From a virus (taxonomy: Duplodnaviria > Caudoviricetes), in the IMG/VR virus record IMGVR_UViG_3300027797_000029, positions 1 to 62,754 of that record: a stretch of 62,754 bases of DNA; one strand, 5' to 3'. The notes under the pieces were generated by a model. That model was given only the letters and a program-made list of their open reading frames with translations. It had not been told where the DNA came from and ran no database searches. Below are positions 9,501-18,816 of this stretch, one piece after another (the stretch's first letter is position 1; each line of letters starts with the position of its first letter). The position numbers were made by a program, and so were the translations under genes.

Positions 9501-9954
9501 CAGAGAAGAATCAGTTAAAACAATAAGCAATACTGTAGCAACATCTGAAGCTGGAAAATCAATTGATTCCACCGAAGCCAAAACACAAGATCAAACAAAA
9601 CCCAAAAAGAGCATAGCAGACACGTTTGGTGCCATGTTTGCTGATATCAAGTTGCCCGATGTTCAAAAAATAACCAGCACCGCAACTAGAATCAACCCTC
9701 CAGAAGATGTGGCTAAGAAAGCAGAAGAAGATAAAAAAGCCAAAGCTGCCATTGATGCCAAAGCAGCCGAAGCCAAAAAACCAGCAGAGGCTGCTAAATC
9801 AACTGGAGAAGTCACTCTAAAAGAAGTGCATGCCAGCTTGGAACACTTAAATAAGAGTATGGCACAAATGTTAACTTATACTCAGCAAACAGCTACAGCC
9901 ACTCAGCAACAGGTAAAAGCTACAAAAAATTTGTCGGGCAACAAGTTTGGATAA
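6517..9954 (+). CDS. tape-measure-like protein
   Basis: 1145 aa, Ala/Lys/Glu/Gln-rich and helical; IIGEAGKEHVIP (GE.G.E) motif; near the gp26 chaperone. Confidence 0.7.
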   Translation: MADKVDLSDDTLDKLAQRLKNGGAGNSGGGNQGGGGGGSGAFGEAMSKASKEFNPLADALKLGGSAVSGISTAYGKLQSVIEPSLGTWRKLSDTGASFGNDIVGMSAAASGSRLTLDEFADVIKKNSGNFSGLGGNAAKGAENFAKLSKEMADSGVNDNLLRLGMSSKDINEVLALQVGMQQSINMDNEQQRKKAIESAVKLATEMDSMAKLTGVSRKEQEENMKKAQADMQVEAKLRVLTMGKSEEEAAAIRSGFMTQYNEAQLRGQGQMFKEVFATGTVQSQEAANQVAISGREAQMTMAQAKATAAGDAKAAGEYSKQAAVESMKNQNDVNKLNLAIYSSNTDAGKSMKESMTATSGMYKAEQAVRAKMEKDGLLAGLSEQQKAAKVHEEALAQIKREQNNENADGTKKAGSESTDALLKVGRAAGDVESAFMNSVVKPLNEKVGPAINQIAEKVIPAQVIRNRTAAEGGGQVKEGSGEALSKVVKQGVDASQDSTAKTKDEAIKTKQPNTGFALGDIGRAAGELAGTGTNAVLAGLTLANEKLDGLDVKKRAEGTTTTGPELAIIGEAGKEHVIPDDKMQTLMQNVKLDGLSKATEALTKDKSGGGVDMAAMGKMVNTTVSSATSPGASAATSAGADAVDDKAVNKWKKWITDGNDFKADAEREAAVKTGESIKARLADRQSQVAALEQTASQRELSEKEQQELKVAKFGVVRATNNLKDQEARMTAIDQLEKEGATKLVNSKKSEVAEVVKQAEEGKFKTLDSKKSEIAEVVKQEETKKASVVAQSVFSAMATIGLTDNQKKMYGEFANLSAEDSAKKQASLKEEEASALAANIAASKARDAIEEKAELEGRKMTEAEEAEHKALGIIQNASADKITAAQEEQQVLSRADEQRVFQSKVQATQAEMQTEVSNRLAEITKNNGLASQESLQKEAEFRLIGLTQGAEAEAKAREESLKLTTSVSDAEIAAKFKEAEFKLIGITQGAEAEAKAREESVKTISNTVATSEAGKSIDSTEAKTQDQTKPKKSIADTFGAMFADIKLPDVQKITSTATRINPPEDVAKKAEEDKKAKAAIDAKAAEAKKPAEAAKSTGEVTLKEVHASLEHLNKSMAQMLTYTQQTATATQQQVKATKNLSGNKFG
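9322..9513 (+). repeat. 72-bp imperfect direct repeat, 120-bp period (KEAEFxLIGxTQGAEAEAKAREES x2)
   Basis: Copies at 9322-9393 and 9442-9513. A second pair (SKKSExAEVVKQ) is at 8751-8788 and 8817-8854. Confidence 0.85.
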
Positions 9955-9967
9955 CAAGGATAATTGA

Positions 9968-11695
9968 ATGACGTGGAAAAAGTATTTCTCGCCCGTTGAG
10001 GTCAACGGACAATTAAGTACCATCAGTGGACTTAATAGCGGCAATCGCCCCGGCCCGGCCAGAACTAACTATTCCAGCTATTTGCCAGATGTTTATTCCG
10101 GCAGTCCCAATCGTGTTGAACGTTATCAACAGTATGAAGTCATGGACAGTGATCCAGAAGTCAATGCTGCTTTGGATATTTTAGCAGAGTTTTGCACACA
10201 GAAATTGAAAGATGGCAAGAGTCCATTTGCAATCAAATGGCGTCAAAAAGCCACCAACAGTGAAATTAAAATTCTAAGTGAATACTTGCAACAATGGAAC
10301 ACACTGCAAAAGTTTGACACACGTATTTTCCGCATTGTGCGCAACACATTCAAGTATGGTGATGCATTTTTTATTCGTGATCCAGAAAATCAAAAATGGA
10401 GTTACATTGACGCAAGCAAAGTGGTCAAGGTGATTGTGAATGAAAGTGAAGGCAAGAAACCTGAACAGTTTGTGATCAAAGACCTAGCTCCTAACTTTGT
10501 TAATCTAGTGGCAACACAGATCACACCCAGTGTGAATCCCCGTAGTCATTCAGGTCCAGGCGGTGCTGGTGGCCCGCAACAATACGCAGGATCAACCAGC
10601 AGCAACGGCGGCAGTGGCAGCAATCGTTTTGGATTACAGCAAACTGAACAGGCAATCAACGCTGAACACATCATTCATTTGAGTCTAAGCGAAGGGTTAG
10701 ACAACAACTATCCGTTTGGCAACAGTTTGCTGGAAAACATTTACAAAGTTTACAAACAAAAAGAATTATTAGAAGATGCCATCTTAATTTATCGTATACA
10801 ACGTGCTCCAGAGCGCAGAGTATTTCACATTGATGTGGGCAACATGCCCAGTCACTTGGCCATGGCATTTGTGGAACGTGTTAAAAACGAGATTCATCAA
10901 CGTCGTATTCCGTCACAAACCGGCGGTGGACAGAACGTTATTGACAGTGCGTATAACCCACTTTCAATCAACGAAGATTATTTCTTCCCCAAGACAGCAG
11001 ACGGTAAAGGTTCAGATGTTACCATGCTTGAGGGTGGCAAGAACATTGGTGAAATTGACGATTTAAAGTACTTTACTAACAAATTGTTCCGCGGTTTGCG
11101 CATACCAAGCAGCTACTTGCCCACAGGACAAGACGACAGTCAAAGCAATTTCAATGACGGCCGTGTGGGCACTGCATACATTCAAGAACTGCGTTTTAAC
11201 AAGTATTGTGAGCGTTTACAAGCACTGATCACCGCAGTTTTTGACGAAGAATTCAAGATGTACATGCACAGCAAGGGCATGAACATTGACGCAAGTTTGT
11301 TTGAATTACAGTTTAATCCACCACTTAACTTTGCCAGTAGCAAGCAGGCCAGCATTGATGCAGAGCGTATCAACACATTTAATACTATTCAAGCTGTGCC
11401 GTTTGTGTCCAAGCGATTTGCATTGAAACGCTTCTTGAGCTTGACAGATGAAGAAGTAGCAGAAAACGAACGCATGTGGGGCGAAGAGAATGGTAAAGGG
11501 CATCCAACTACCACAGATGCCGCTGGTGAATTGCGTAGTGCAGGCCTAAGTGCCAGCGGTATTGCAGGTGACGCAGATGCAGCAGGCGACCTAAGTGCGC
11601 CTGATGATATGGATACCAGTGCGCCTGGAGAACCAGGACAGGCAGCACCACCAGGTGGTGCACCAGCAGCTCCTGCGCCAGTGCCTACTGCATAA
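9968..11695 (+). CDS. gp20: portal protein (T4 gp20 family)
   Basis: MDSDPEVNAALD, LLEDAILIYRIQRAPERRVFHIDVGNMP, EDYFFP, LFRGLRIPSS. Confidence 0.95.
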   Translation: MTWKKYFSPVEVNGQLSTISGLNSGNRPGPARTNYSSYLPDVYSGSPNRVERYQQYEVMDSDPEVNAALDILAEFCTQKLKDGKSPFAIKWRQKATNSEIKILSEYLQQWNTLQKFDTRIFRIVRNTFKYGDAFFIRDPENQKWSYIDASKVVKVIVNESEGKKPEQFVIKDLAPNFVNLVATQITPSVNPRSHSGPGGAGGPQQYAGSTSSNGGSGSNRFGLQQTEQAINAEHIIHLSLSEGLDNNYPFGNSLLENIYKVYKQKELLEDAILIYRIQRAPERRVFHIDVGNMPSHLAMAFVERVKNEIHQRRIPSQTGGGQNVIDSAYNPLSINEDYFFPKTADGKGSDVTMLEGGKNIGEIDDLKYFTNKLFRGLRIPSSYLPTGQDDSQSNFNDGRVGTAYIQELRFNKYCERLQALITAVFDEEFKMYMHSKGMNIDASLFELQFNPPLNFASSKQASIDAERINTFNTIQAVPFVSKRFALKRFLSLTDEEVAENERMWGEENGKGHPTTTDAAGELRSAGLSASGIAGDADAAGDLSAPDDMDTSAPGEPGQAAPPGGAPAAPAPVPTA

Positions 11696-11702
11696 ATACA
11701 TT

Positions 11703-11945
11703 ATGATTTTAAGAGAGCTATTTTATATCGATCCGGATACTCGACACGTGGCCAATGACTTGCGTTATGAGCCAAAACGTGACAGCGATGTGTTACACCG
11801 GAGCGACACACGCAAAACAAGATTAACACTTAGACAAATAAATGAATTGCGCAAAAGTACTGAAGCACATATTTTAGAACAGGAAAGCGAACTAGAATTT
11901 ATAAATGCAATGTATGCTGCACCACCTGCAGCGCCTGCCGCTTAA
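11703..11945 (+). CDS. hypothetical head-module protein (80 aa)
   Basis: MILRELFY... starts 4 nt after TAAATA 11693-11698. The ORF-track start at 11595 overlaps the portal gene. Confidence 0.75.
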   Translation: MILRELFYIDPDTRHVANDLRYEPKRDSDVLHRSDTRKTRLTLRQINELRKSTEAHILEQESELEFINAMYAAPPAAPAA

Positions 11946-12048
11946 TTAATTGCAAAAACTGACTGTTTTTGGCCTATATCTACCCACTTTTTACGCAAAG
12001 GTGTAAATATCTTACAGCCTTGTATTAAAAAACCACAGGAGAACCAAC

Positions 12049-12948
12049 ATGACTGACCGCGCTCAATTTGAAGCAATGCTTGAAGCTTTGATCAATGATG
12101 ATCAACAAGCAGCTAAAGAAATTTTCCACAACATCGTAGTAGGAAAATCACGTGAAATCTACGAAGAATTATTAGAGTCTGACTTTGGCAGTGACCAAGG
12201 CAACCCTTACGGTAAGAAAGATGACAAAGATGAGGGTGATTCGGAAGATGAATCCATGGGCGACGAAGAAGATGATATGGACAGTGAAGAAGATGACATG
12301 GACAGTGAAGATGATGGCGAAGAAGCCGACGACATGGATGGCGAAGAAGAGCCAGAAGGCGACATTGAAGATCGAGTTATGGATCTAGAAGACGCACTAG
12401 AAGACTTAAAAGCAGAATTTGAACAACTGTTGTCACAAGAAGGTGAAGAAGACGACGACATGGGCGACGACGACATGGGTGACATGGGCGGTGAAGACGA
12501 CCTAGAAACTGAACTAGGTGAGTTAACTGCAGAATATCCAGGTGGTAGTACAAATTTTAGCACAGGTGAAGTTAAGGGCACACATACTCCAGAAGTGCAA
12601 GAAATGCATCACGTTCACCACCATGTAAATGAATATGTAAACAAAGTTTCTTTGCCAAAGCACGGTGACAACGGTGTTAACACACGTTCAGCTGTGGCTG
12701 GTAAGAACAACATGGGCGGCTCAAGCGCCAACATTGCCAAGTCATTCTCCACAGAGAAAGGCGGCACACAAGGTGGCTTGTTAAATCCAAGCACTAAAGA
12801 AGAAAACTTTGGCAACATCAACAAGCCAGGCGGCAATGCAGGCAAGACAGCGTTCAAGAAGAAAGAACCTGGACACGGTCCTGAAAGCAAAGGCAAGGGC
12901 GAAACAGCTGATAACAAGAAAAGTTTAATCAGCTCTAAAGTAAGATAA
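12049..12948 (+). CDS. prohead core/scaffold-associated protein
   Basis: Between portal and protease; D/E/M-rich middle and basic C-terminus; GGAG SD; TAAATA 12004-12009. Confidence 0.7.
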   Translation: MTDRAQFEAMLEALINDDQQAAKEIFHNIVVGKSREIYEELLESDFGSDQGNPYGKKDDKDEGDSEDESMGDEEDDMDSEEDDMDSEDDGEEADDMDGEEEPEGDIEDRVMDLEDALEDLKAEFEQLLSQEGEEDDDMGDDDMGDMGGEDDLETELGELTAEYPGGSTNFSTGEVKGTHTPEVQEMHHVHHHVNEYVNKVSLPKHGDNGVNTRSAVAGKNNMGGSSANIAKSFSTEKGGTQGGLLNPSTKEENFGNINKPGGNAGKTAFKKKEPGHGPESKGKGETADNKKSLISSKVR

Positions 12949-12965
12949 TACAGAGACTATACTAG

Positions 12966-13598
12966 ATGAAGTCTTTATACCTCCGAGAGAATCTCAGTTT
13001 CAACGAAGCAAAAATGATCGTTGAGTCTGATGACAAAGACGGGAAAAGTTTATACATGTCCGGGATTTGCATCCAGGGCGGTATACGCAACGCTAACCAG
13101 CGTGTTTACCCTGTGAATGAGATTGGCAAGGCTGTCAAGACCCTAAACGATCAGATTCAAAACGGTTATTCAGTTCTCGGAGAAGTGGATCATCCAGATG
13201 ATCTAAAAATTAACCTGGACCGAGTCAGCCACATGATAACAAATATGTGGATGGACGGTCCTAATGGTTACGGCAAACTGAAAGTTTTGCCAACCCCTAT
13301 GGGACAACTTATCAAAACAATGCTGGAAAGCGGAGTCAAGCTAGGTGTTTCAAGTCGCGGATCCGGGAACGTCAAAGATGACGGTTCCGGTGAAGTATCA
13401 GATTTTGAGATTATCACAGTAGATATGGTAGCTCAACCTAGTGCTCCAGGAGCATACCCAACACCAATTTATGAACACTTGATGAATAATCGAGGCGGAT
13501 TAAGTGCCTTACGCATAGCGCAAGAGGTGAAAGGTGATCCTAAAGCACAGAAATATCTCAAAGAGAGCTTATTATCGATAATAAGCAAACTCCAATAA
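12966..13598 (+). CDS. gp21: prohead protease (T4 gp21 family)
   Basis: NANQRVYP, LGEVDHP, LGVSSRGSG, TVDMVAQPSAPGA. Confidence 0.95.
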   Translation: MKSLYLRENLSFNEAKMIVESDDKDGKSLYMSGICIQGGIRNANQRVYPVNEIGKAVKTLNDQIQNGYSVLGEVDHPDDLKINLDRVSHMITNMWMDGPNGYGKLKVLPTPMGQLIKTMLESGVKLGVSSRGSGNVKDDGSGEVSDFEIITVDMVAQPSAPGAYPTPIYEHLMNNRGGLSALRIAQEVKGDPKAQKYLKESLLSIISKLQ

Positions 13599-13611
13599 TA
13601 AGGAGAATCAC

Positions 13612-14706
13612 ATGTTGGATGCACTAAAAAGTTTATTTGAGAACAATGTGATTTCTGAGGAGATCAAAGAGTCAATCGAGATGGCTTTCGAGAGTCGTGT
13701 GAACGAAGCTCGTGAACAAGCCGCTCAACAATTACGTGAAGAGTTTGCACAAAAATACGAACACGACAAGAACACAATGGTTGAAGCAGTAGATCGCATG
13801 ATCTCTGAACAACTAGCTGCTGAGATTGTTGAGTTTGCCGACGATCGCAAGCAATTGGCAGAAATGAAAGTCAAGTATGCCACAGCTATGAAACAAAATG
13901 CATTTGTAATGGAGAAATTTGTTACACGTCAGTTAGCTTCAGAAGTTAAAGAATTGCATGAAGATCAAGTAGCAATGGCAGGTAAATTTGGCGCATTAGA
14001 AAAATTCGTAGTTGAGGCTCTAGCTCAAGAAATTACAGAGTTTTACAAAGACAAGCAAGATCTAGCTGAAACGAAAGTTCGCCTAGTTCGTGAAGGTCGC
14101 GCAGAAATCAAGAAGGTAAAACAACAATTTGTACAACGTGCAGCAACGATGGTAGAATCAATCGTGACTCAGAATTTACATTCAGAGATCCATGCATTGA
14201 AAGAAGACATCGAAGCAGCTCGCCGTGCAGATTTTGGCCGCAAGTTATTCGAAGCATTCAGCGCCGAATATCAATCAAGCTACCTAAATGAAAAATCGGA
14301 AACAGCAAAATTACTCAAGGTCATAGACTTGAAAGATTTGGCAATGAAAGAAGCAGCGCAAGCTGTTGTTCAAGCTGAACAAATTTTAGAAAGTAAACAA
14401 GCTGAAATCCGTGCTCTTAAAGAGAGCCAAGAAAGAAAAGCAATCATGACAGAATTACTTGCTCCGCTAAACACAGAGCAAAAAGAAATCATGGGCGAGT
14501 TGATGGAGACTGTGAAAACAGAACGTCTAAACGAAAGTTTTGAAAAGTACTTACCGTCAGTAATTAATGGTAAGGCTCCGCAGAAGAAACAGGCACTAGT
14601 AGAGGCTAAAGAAGTAACCGGAAACAAGATTTCCAACACCAACCGTAGCAGCGAATCAGATGGCAATATCGTCGATATACGTCGTCTTGCTGGACTAAAA
14701 TTTTAA
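13612..14706 (+). CDS. gp22: prohead scaffold (T4 gp22 family)
   Basis: Coiled coil; lies between protease and capsid; ends IRRLAGL. Confidence 0.85.
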   Translation: MLDALKSLFENNVISEEIKESIEMAFESRVNEAREQAAQQLREEFAQKYEHDKNTMVEAVDRMISEQLAAEIVEFADDRKQLAEMKVKYATAMKQNAFVMEKFVTRQLASEVKELHEDQVAMAGKFGALEKFVVEALAQEITEFYKDKQDLAETKVRLVREGRAEIKKVKQQFVQRAATMVESIVTQNLHSEIHALKEDIEAARRADFGRKLFEAFSAEYQSSYLNEKSETAKLLKVIDLKDLAMKEAAQAVVQAEQILESKQAEIRALKESQERKAIMTELLAPLNTEQKEIMGELMETVKTERLNESFEKYLPSVINGKAPQKKQALVEAKEVTGNKISNTNRSSESDGNIVDIRRLAGLKF

Positions 14707-14718
14707 GGAGAAATTTAA

Positions 14719-15891
14719 ATGTCAGAACTACTTAATGGACGTTGGGCAGAAACTAAAGAAGCCCTATTAGAAGGCTTACAAGGCACAAAAAAATCAGTAA
14801 TGGGTGTAACCCTTGAGAATACTCGCAAGTATTTGATGGAAAGTCCAACAACTGGTGCCACTTCTGCTGGTAACGTCGCAACACTAAATCGCGTGATCCT
14901 TCCAGTGATCCGCCGCGTTATGCCAACCGTTATTGCTAACGAGTTAGTTGGCGTACAACCAATGACTGGTCCAGTCGGTCAAATCCACACATTGCGTGTT
15001 CGCTATGCAGATAGCTCAACAGGTGCTGGAGTATTAGCTGGTGAAGAGGCATTGAGCCCATTCAAGATTGCTGAAGCTTATTCAGGTAACGAGAACGCAA
15101 CTGCTAAAGCAGCTTCAACAGCTACTTTAGAAGGTCGTGCTGGTAACAGAATGAGCATTCAAATCTTGAAACAAACAGTTGAAGCTAAAACTCGTAAATT
15201 GTCTGCTCGTTGGACATTCGAGGCTGCTCAAGACGCACAAGCCCAACAAGGCATTGACGTTGAAGCAGAAGTTATGGCTGCATTGGCTCAGGAAATCACA
15301 GCTGAAATTGACCAGGAAATCATTGCTTCGTTGACAAGTTTGGCTGGTACAGCTACTCAAACTTATGACCAAGCTGCTGTTTCTGGCACAGCTACATTCG
15401 TTGGTGACGAGCATGCTGCATTGGCTGTTCAGATCAATCGCGTAAGCAACTTGATCGCTCAACGTACACGTCGTGGTGCTGGTAACTACGCCGTTGTTAG
15501 CCCATTTGCATTGACAATTCTTCAGTCTGCTACTACTAGCGCATTTGCTCGTACAACAGAAGGCACTTTCGAAGCTCCTACAAACACCAAGTTTGTTGGT
15601 ACATTGAATGGCGCTATGAAGATTTATGTAAACAGCTACGCTCAAGATTCTGCAAGTATCCTAATCGGTTACAAAGGATCAAGCGAGAGCGATGCACCAG
15701 CATTCTATTGCCCATACATTCCATTGATGAGCAGTGGTGTTGTTCTTGATCCATCAACATTTGAACCAGTCGTGTCATTCATGACTCGTTATGGTTATGT
15801 TGAGTTGTCAAACACAGCATCCAGCTTGGGTAATGCTGCTGACTACTTGGGTCTAGTTGCTATCACTAACGGTAACGTTAAGTTCAGCTAA
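14719..15891 (+). CDS. gp23: major capsid protein (T4 gp23 family)
   Basis: GVQPMTGPVGQI, VEAKTRKLSARWT, FYCPYIPL, FMTRYG. Confidence 0.97.
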   Translation: MSELLNGRWAETKEALLEGLQGTKKSVMGVTLENTRKYLMESPTTGATSAGNVATLNRVILPVIRRVMPTVIANELVGVQPMTGPVGQIHTLRVRYADSSTGAGVLAGEEALSPFKIAEAYSGNENATAKAASTATLEGRAGNRMSIQILKQTVEAKTRKLSARWTFEAAQDAQAQQGIDVEAEVMAALAQEITAEIDQEIIASLTSLAGTATQTYDQAAVSGTATFVGDEHAALAVQINRVSNLIAQRTRRGAGNYAVVSPFALTILQSATTSAFARTTEGTFEAPTNTKFVGTLNGAMKIYVNSYAQDSASILIGYKGSSESDAPAFYCPYIPLMSSGVVLDPSTFEPVVSFMTRYGYVELSNTASSLGNAADYLGLVAITNGNVKFS

Positions 15892-15917
15892 TTCAAACCT
15901 AAAGTTTGTAATATAAC

Positions 15918-15942
15918 AAAAGGCATCTTCGGATGCCTTTTT
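15918..15942 (+). terminator. rho-independent terminator
   Basis: AAAAGGCATC-TTCG-GATGCCTTTT(T). Confidence 0.9.
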
Positions 15943-15959
15943 GTTTGGGTAAATATAAG

Positions 15960-16541
15960 ATGACCACTACAACTTTTTACAGTCCGAGCACATTGAACAA
16001 TGTTAATATTCCCAACACTGTCACTGGATACGATTCAATAGATTGGAACTTTAATTCTTCAGTACTGTCAGACAGTGCAATTGCTACCAGTAAAAAATCA
16101 CTGTACACTATTAGTGGATTTTGGATGGAAAAGTTTTTAAGCAACACAAGTCAACTGTGGTGTACTGGATACAATATACCAAGCAGTGTTAGACCTGTTG
16201 TGGGAATAGAATGTCAAATCAATATACAACGTGCCGCAAGAATTGAAGATTTAATCATACAACTAACACTCAATGGTAATATAATTGGCAATAATTTGGC
16301 CAGTAATGTGAATCCTGTACAAAGTGATATGTACACAGGCGATTTCACAACACCTTTAGATCCAGTTGAAGATATAAACATATACGGAGGCGTTGACAAC
16401 TTGTGGGGAACTGCCCTTACACCTGCTGATGTGTCAAATCCCACTTTTGGTATTGTGATCAGTTTCAAAAGCAATATCATATACCCGCATAGAGATATTG
16501 CATATCTCTCCCAAGCAAGCATAAGAATTACCTACGCATAA
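15960..16541 (+). CDS. hypothetical virion protein
   Basis: ATG 15960 lies 4 nt after TAAATA; IYGG..NLWG..LT...V....FG motif; beta-rich. Confidence 0.7.
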   Translation: MTTTTFYSPSTLNNVNIPNTVTGYDSIDWNFNSSVLSDSAIATSKKSLYTISGFWMEKFLSNTSQLWCTGYNIPSSVRPVVGIECQINIQRAARIEDLIIQLTLNGNIIGNNLASNVNPVQSDMYTGDFTTPLDPVEDINIYGGVDNLWGTALTPADVSNPTFGIVISFKSNIIYPHRDIAYLSQASIRITYA

Positions 16542-16544
16542 ATA

Positions 16545-16632
16545 CAATGTACGACTCGCATGGTGTGAGTTTTATGCGGAAATCCAACCGCGTACAGCCT
16601 AGAACGCTGTTTTTCATCAAGGAGAAAACAAA
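16545..16632 (+). promoter_or_regulatory. structured 5' leader (three abutting hairpins) after late promoter 16539-16544
   Basis: ACTCGCA/TGTGAGT, TATGCGG/CCGCGTA and CAGC/GCTG, then AAGGAG SD. Confidence 0.55.
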
Positions 16633-17349
16633 ATGGGACGTCCTTTAAATAAGAAATTTTTTGCTAACACAAACTTACAAGACTTTGGTACAGCAAACAC
16701 AGGTGGCGAATCAATTGCCAGCGTAACAGCTCCAGCAGGTACACTAGCAAATTTAGTAAACGGTACTTACACTATTCCAGCAGGAAACATTGGTGCTCCA
16801 AATATTACTGGTGGTGCTAAGCCAGTATTAACTGTTACAGTAACTGGCGCAACTGCTTACACAGTAACAGTGGTATCAGCAGGTTCTGGTTATACTAGTG
16901 CTCCAACAATTGTGTTTGCTGGTGCGCAAGCAGGCGGTACAGGTAGTGCTACTCCAGTTGCAACACTAACATCCGGTGCAGCCGCTCGTCAAAACGGTAT
17001 CAAGTGTGAAGCACAAATTGGCGCTGGTACTGAAGTTACTACTGGCGACATTATCAAACAAGTCAACACACGTAGCTACAAAGTTCAAACTAGTGACGGT
17101 GTAGCAGTATGTAAGTTAGTTACTACAGAAGCTAAAGACGCTAATCAAATGTCAATCAAAGCCACTGACAGTGCAGGCAACACATACTTTGTTGCTAAAC
17201 TAACAAGCCGTAAAGTTGTGTTAGTTCCTGCGGCCAACGTACACGGCGGTACAACAACTATTGGTTCACAGTTTGCTTCAGGTACAACTGCTAAATGGAC
17301 TTTTGGTAGTGCCGTAGTCAACACTACAGTAACTATTGAGAATCAATAA
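16633..17349 (+). CDS. virion structural protein (possible head decoration)
   Basis: MGRPLNKK start; internal AGSGYTSAPT module; codon usage like the capsid gene. Confidence 0.7.
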   Translation: MGRPLNKKFFANTNLQDFGTANTGGESIASVTAPAGTLANLVNGTYTIPAGNIGAPNITGGAKPVLTVTVTGATAYTVTVVSAGSGYTSAPTIVFAGAQAGGTGSATPVATLTSGAAARQNGIKCEAQIGAGTEVTTGDIIKQVNTRSYKVQTSDGVAVCKLVTTEAKDANQMSIKATDSAGNTYFVAKLTSRKVVLVPAANVHGGTTTIGSQFASGTTAKWTFGSAVVNTTVTIENQ

Positions 17350-17357
17350 TTAGGCAT

Positions 17358-17373
17358 GGGGACTCGGGTCCCC
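17358..17373 (+). terminator. GC hairpin without U-tract (weak terminator or processing site)
   Basis: GGGGAC-TCGG-GTCCCC. Confidence 0.45.
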
Positions 17374-17391
17374 TAACTATAAGGATATAGA

Positions 17392-18438
17392 ATGTCAAGA
17401 ATCTTGAATGTTGATAACGGTGATTACAGAATACGAGTAAAGCCAGGCGGAAATATTATTCTGGATACAGTTAACAGTATCCCTGGCAGTTACGGCTATG
17501 TCACAATATTGGGTAATCTTGACGTTCAAGGTGCTATCACCTATGTACAAAGCACCAACACACAAATTACAGATAATATTTTAGAGTTGAACTACGGCCA
17601 AACTGGCAACGGTGTTGACCCAGCTGGAGTATTTGATCTTGCTAGACAATCTGGTATTAGAATCAAGCGAGGCAACTATTCAGATGCACTGTTTGTTTTT
17701 AAAGAAGATCAATCACATTATGATCCAGTAACATCCAGTACAGTGTTGGGCACATTTGTGTTGAAAACAGCAGATGGCACACTCAAGGGCCTGCAACTGG
17801 CATCTATTTCCAATTCAGGCAGCACCAATTTTGTGTTTGACATGCAGAATCAACCATATGCACTTGCTGTGGCCAATACTGGTAACGATGGCGCTGGGCA
17901 ATTGGGCGAAGCTTATGCAAATTTGTTGTATCCATTGTTGGGTTCAACTAGAACAACTGAAAACAACTTTATACCCAACAGAAGATTTATCACAAAATAC
18001 GTAGCTGCCGCAGAAGGTGTTGCATCGGTAGACAGATTATATTTTCCAATTGACGGGCCATTTTCTGCTGCCACTGCCAGTCTTCGAGTGTATGCCAGCA
18101 GTATACTATTTCAAATCAGCGCAGTTACCAAAGCCACTATCAGTGCATCTGGTTTAACCGTCAACAATGTGAACCTCTACACTGACACTGTCAACAACAA
18201 CACAAATAATTTAATTTTATCAGCAACTGCAACAAACACCATAGAAGTCAGCGGTGTCATGCAACTGGATAATCAAGCCAGCGCACCCATTTACAACAGC
18301 TTGGGCACTCAAATTTATTCTAGATCCACAGTTGGACCAGGAAAAACCGGTATATACTTCACCAATCAAAATGCATCACAAACGCCCGATGAACTAGTTA
18401 GCCGCAACAGAGCTGTATTACTAAGTATTTTATTATAA
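17392..18438 (+). CDS. virion structural/fibre protein
   Basis: GNLDVQG...ITDNILELN, SGIRIKRG; C-terminal ELVSRNRAVLLSILL. Confidence 0.7.
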   Translation: MSRILNVDNGDYRIRVKPGGNIILDTVNSIPGSYGYVTILGNLDVQGAITYVQSTNTQITDNILELNYGQTGNGVDPAGVFDLARQSGIRIKRGNYSDALFVFKEDQSHYDPVTSSTVLGTFVLKTADGTLKGLQLASISNSGSTNFVFDMQNQPYALAVANTGNDGAGQLGEAYANLLYPLLGSTRTTENNFIPNRRFITKYVAAAEGVASVDRLYFPIDGPFSAATASLRVYASSILFQISAVTKATISASGLTVNNVNLYTDTVNNNTNNLILSATATNTIEVSGVMQLDNQASAPIYNSLGTQIYSRSTVGPGKTGIYFTNQNASQTPDELVSRNRAVLLSILL

Positions 18439-18447
18439 GGAACAACC

Positions 18448-18816
18448 ATGGCAATCGCAGCAACACTAATCGATGTGGCAAGCCCAACTACAAAAATAGT
18501 ATACACCAGTTTGGTCACAAGTCCACAGACTGGAAATGCTATAACTTGCATCATGATATGCAACACCAGCGCCCCACCACAAACGACACCAGCAACATTG
18601 ACACTTTATGCTGTGCCTTCAACTAACGGCGGCACAACAATTGGCGCAGCCAGCGCAGCCAATATGATTATCAATGCATTAAACATTCCAGCAGGAGAGA
18701 CTGTGAGTTTGGATCAAGAAAAGTTGGTGTTAACCAACAACGACACAATAGTTGCAATGGTGGCCGCCGGCCAAGCAAACGTTGTGTCATTTTTAATCAG
18801 CACACTGCCAGTATAA
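18448..18816 (+). CDS. small virion adaptor protein (paralog of 25409 and 32896)
   Basis: Shared pattern YT...ICN...IPAGETV...KLVL...D.IVA. Confidence 0.7.
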   Translation: MAIAATLIDVASPTTKIVYTSLVTSPQTGNAITCIMICNTSAPPQTTPATLTLYAVPSTNGGTTIGAASAANMIINALNIPAGETVSLDQEKLVLTNNDTIVAMVAAGQANVVSFLISTLPV

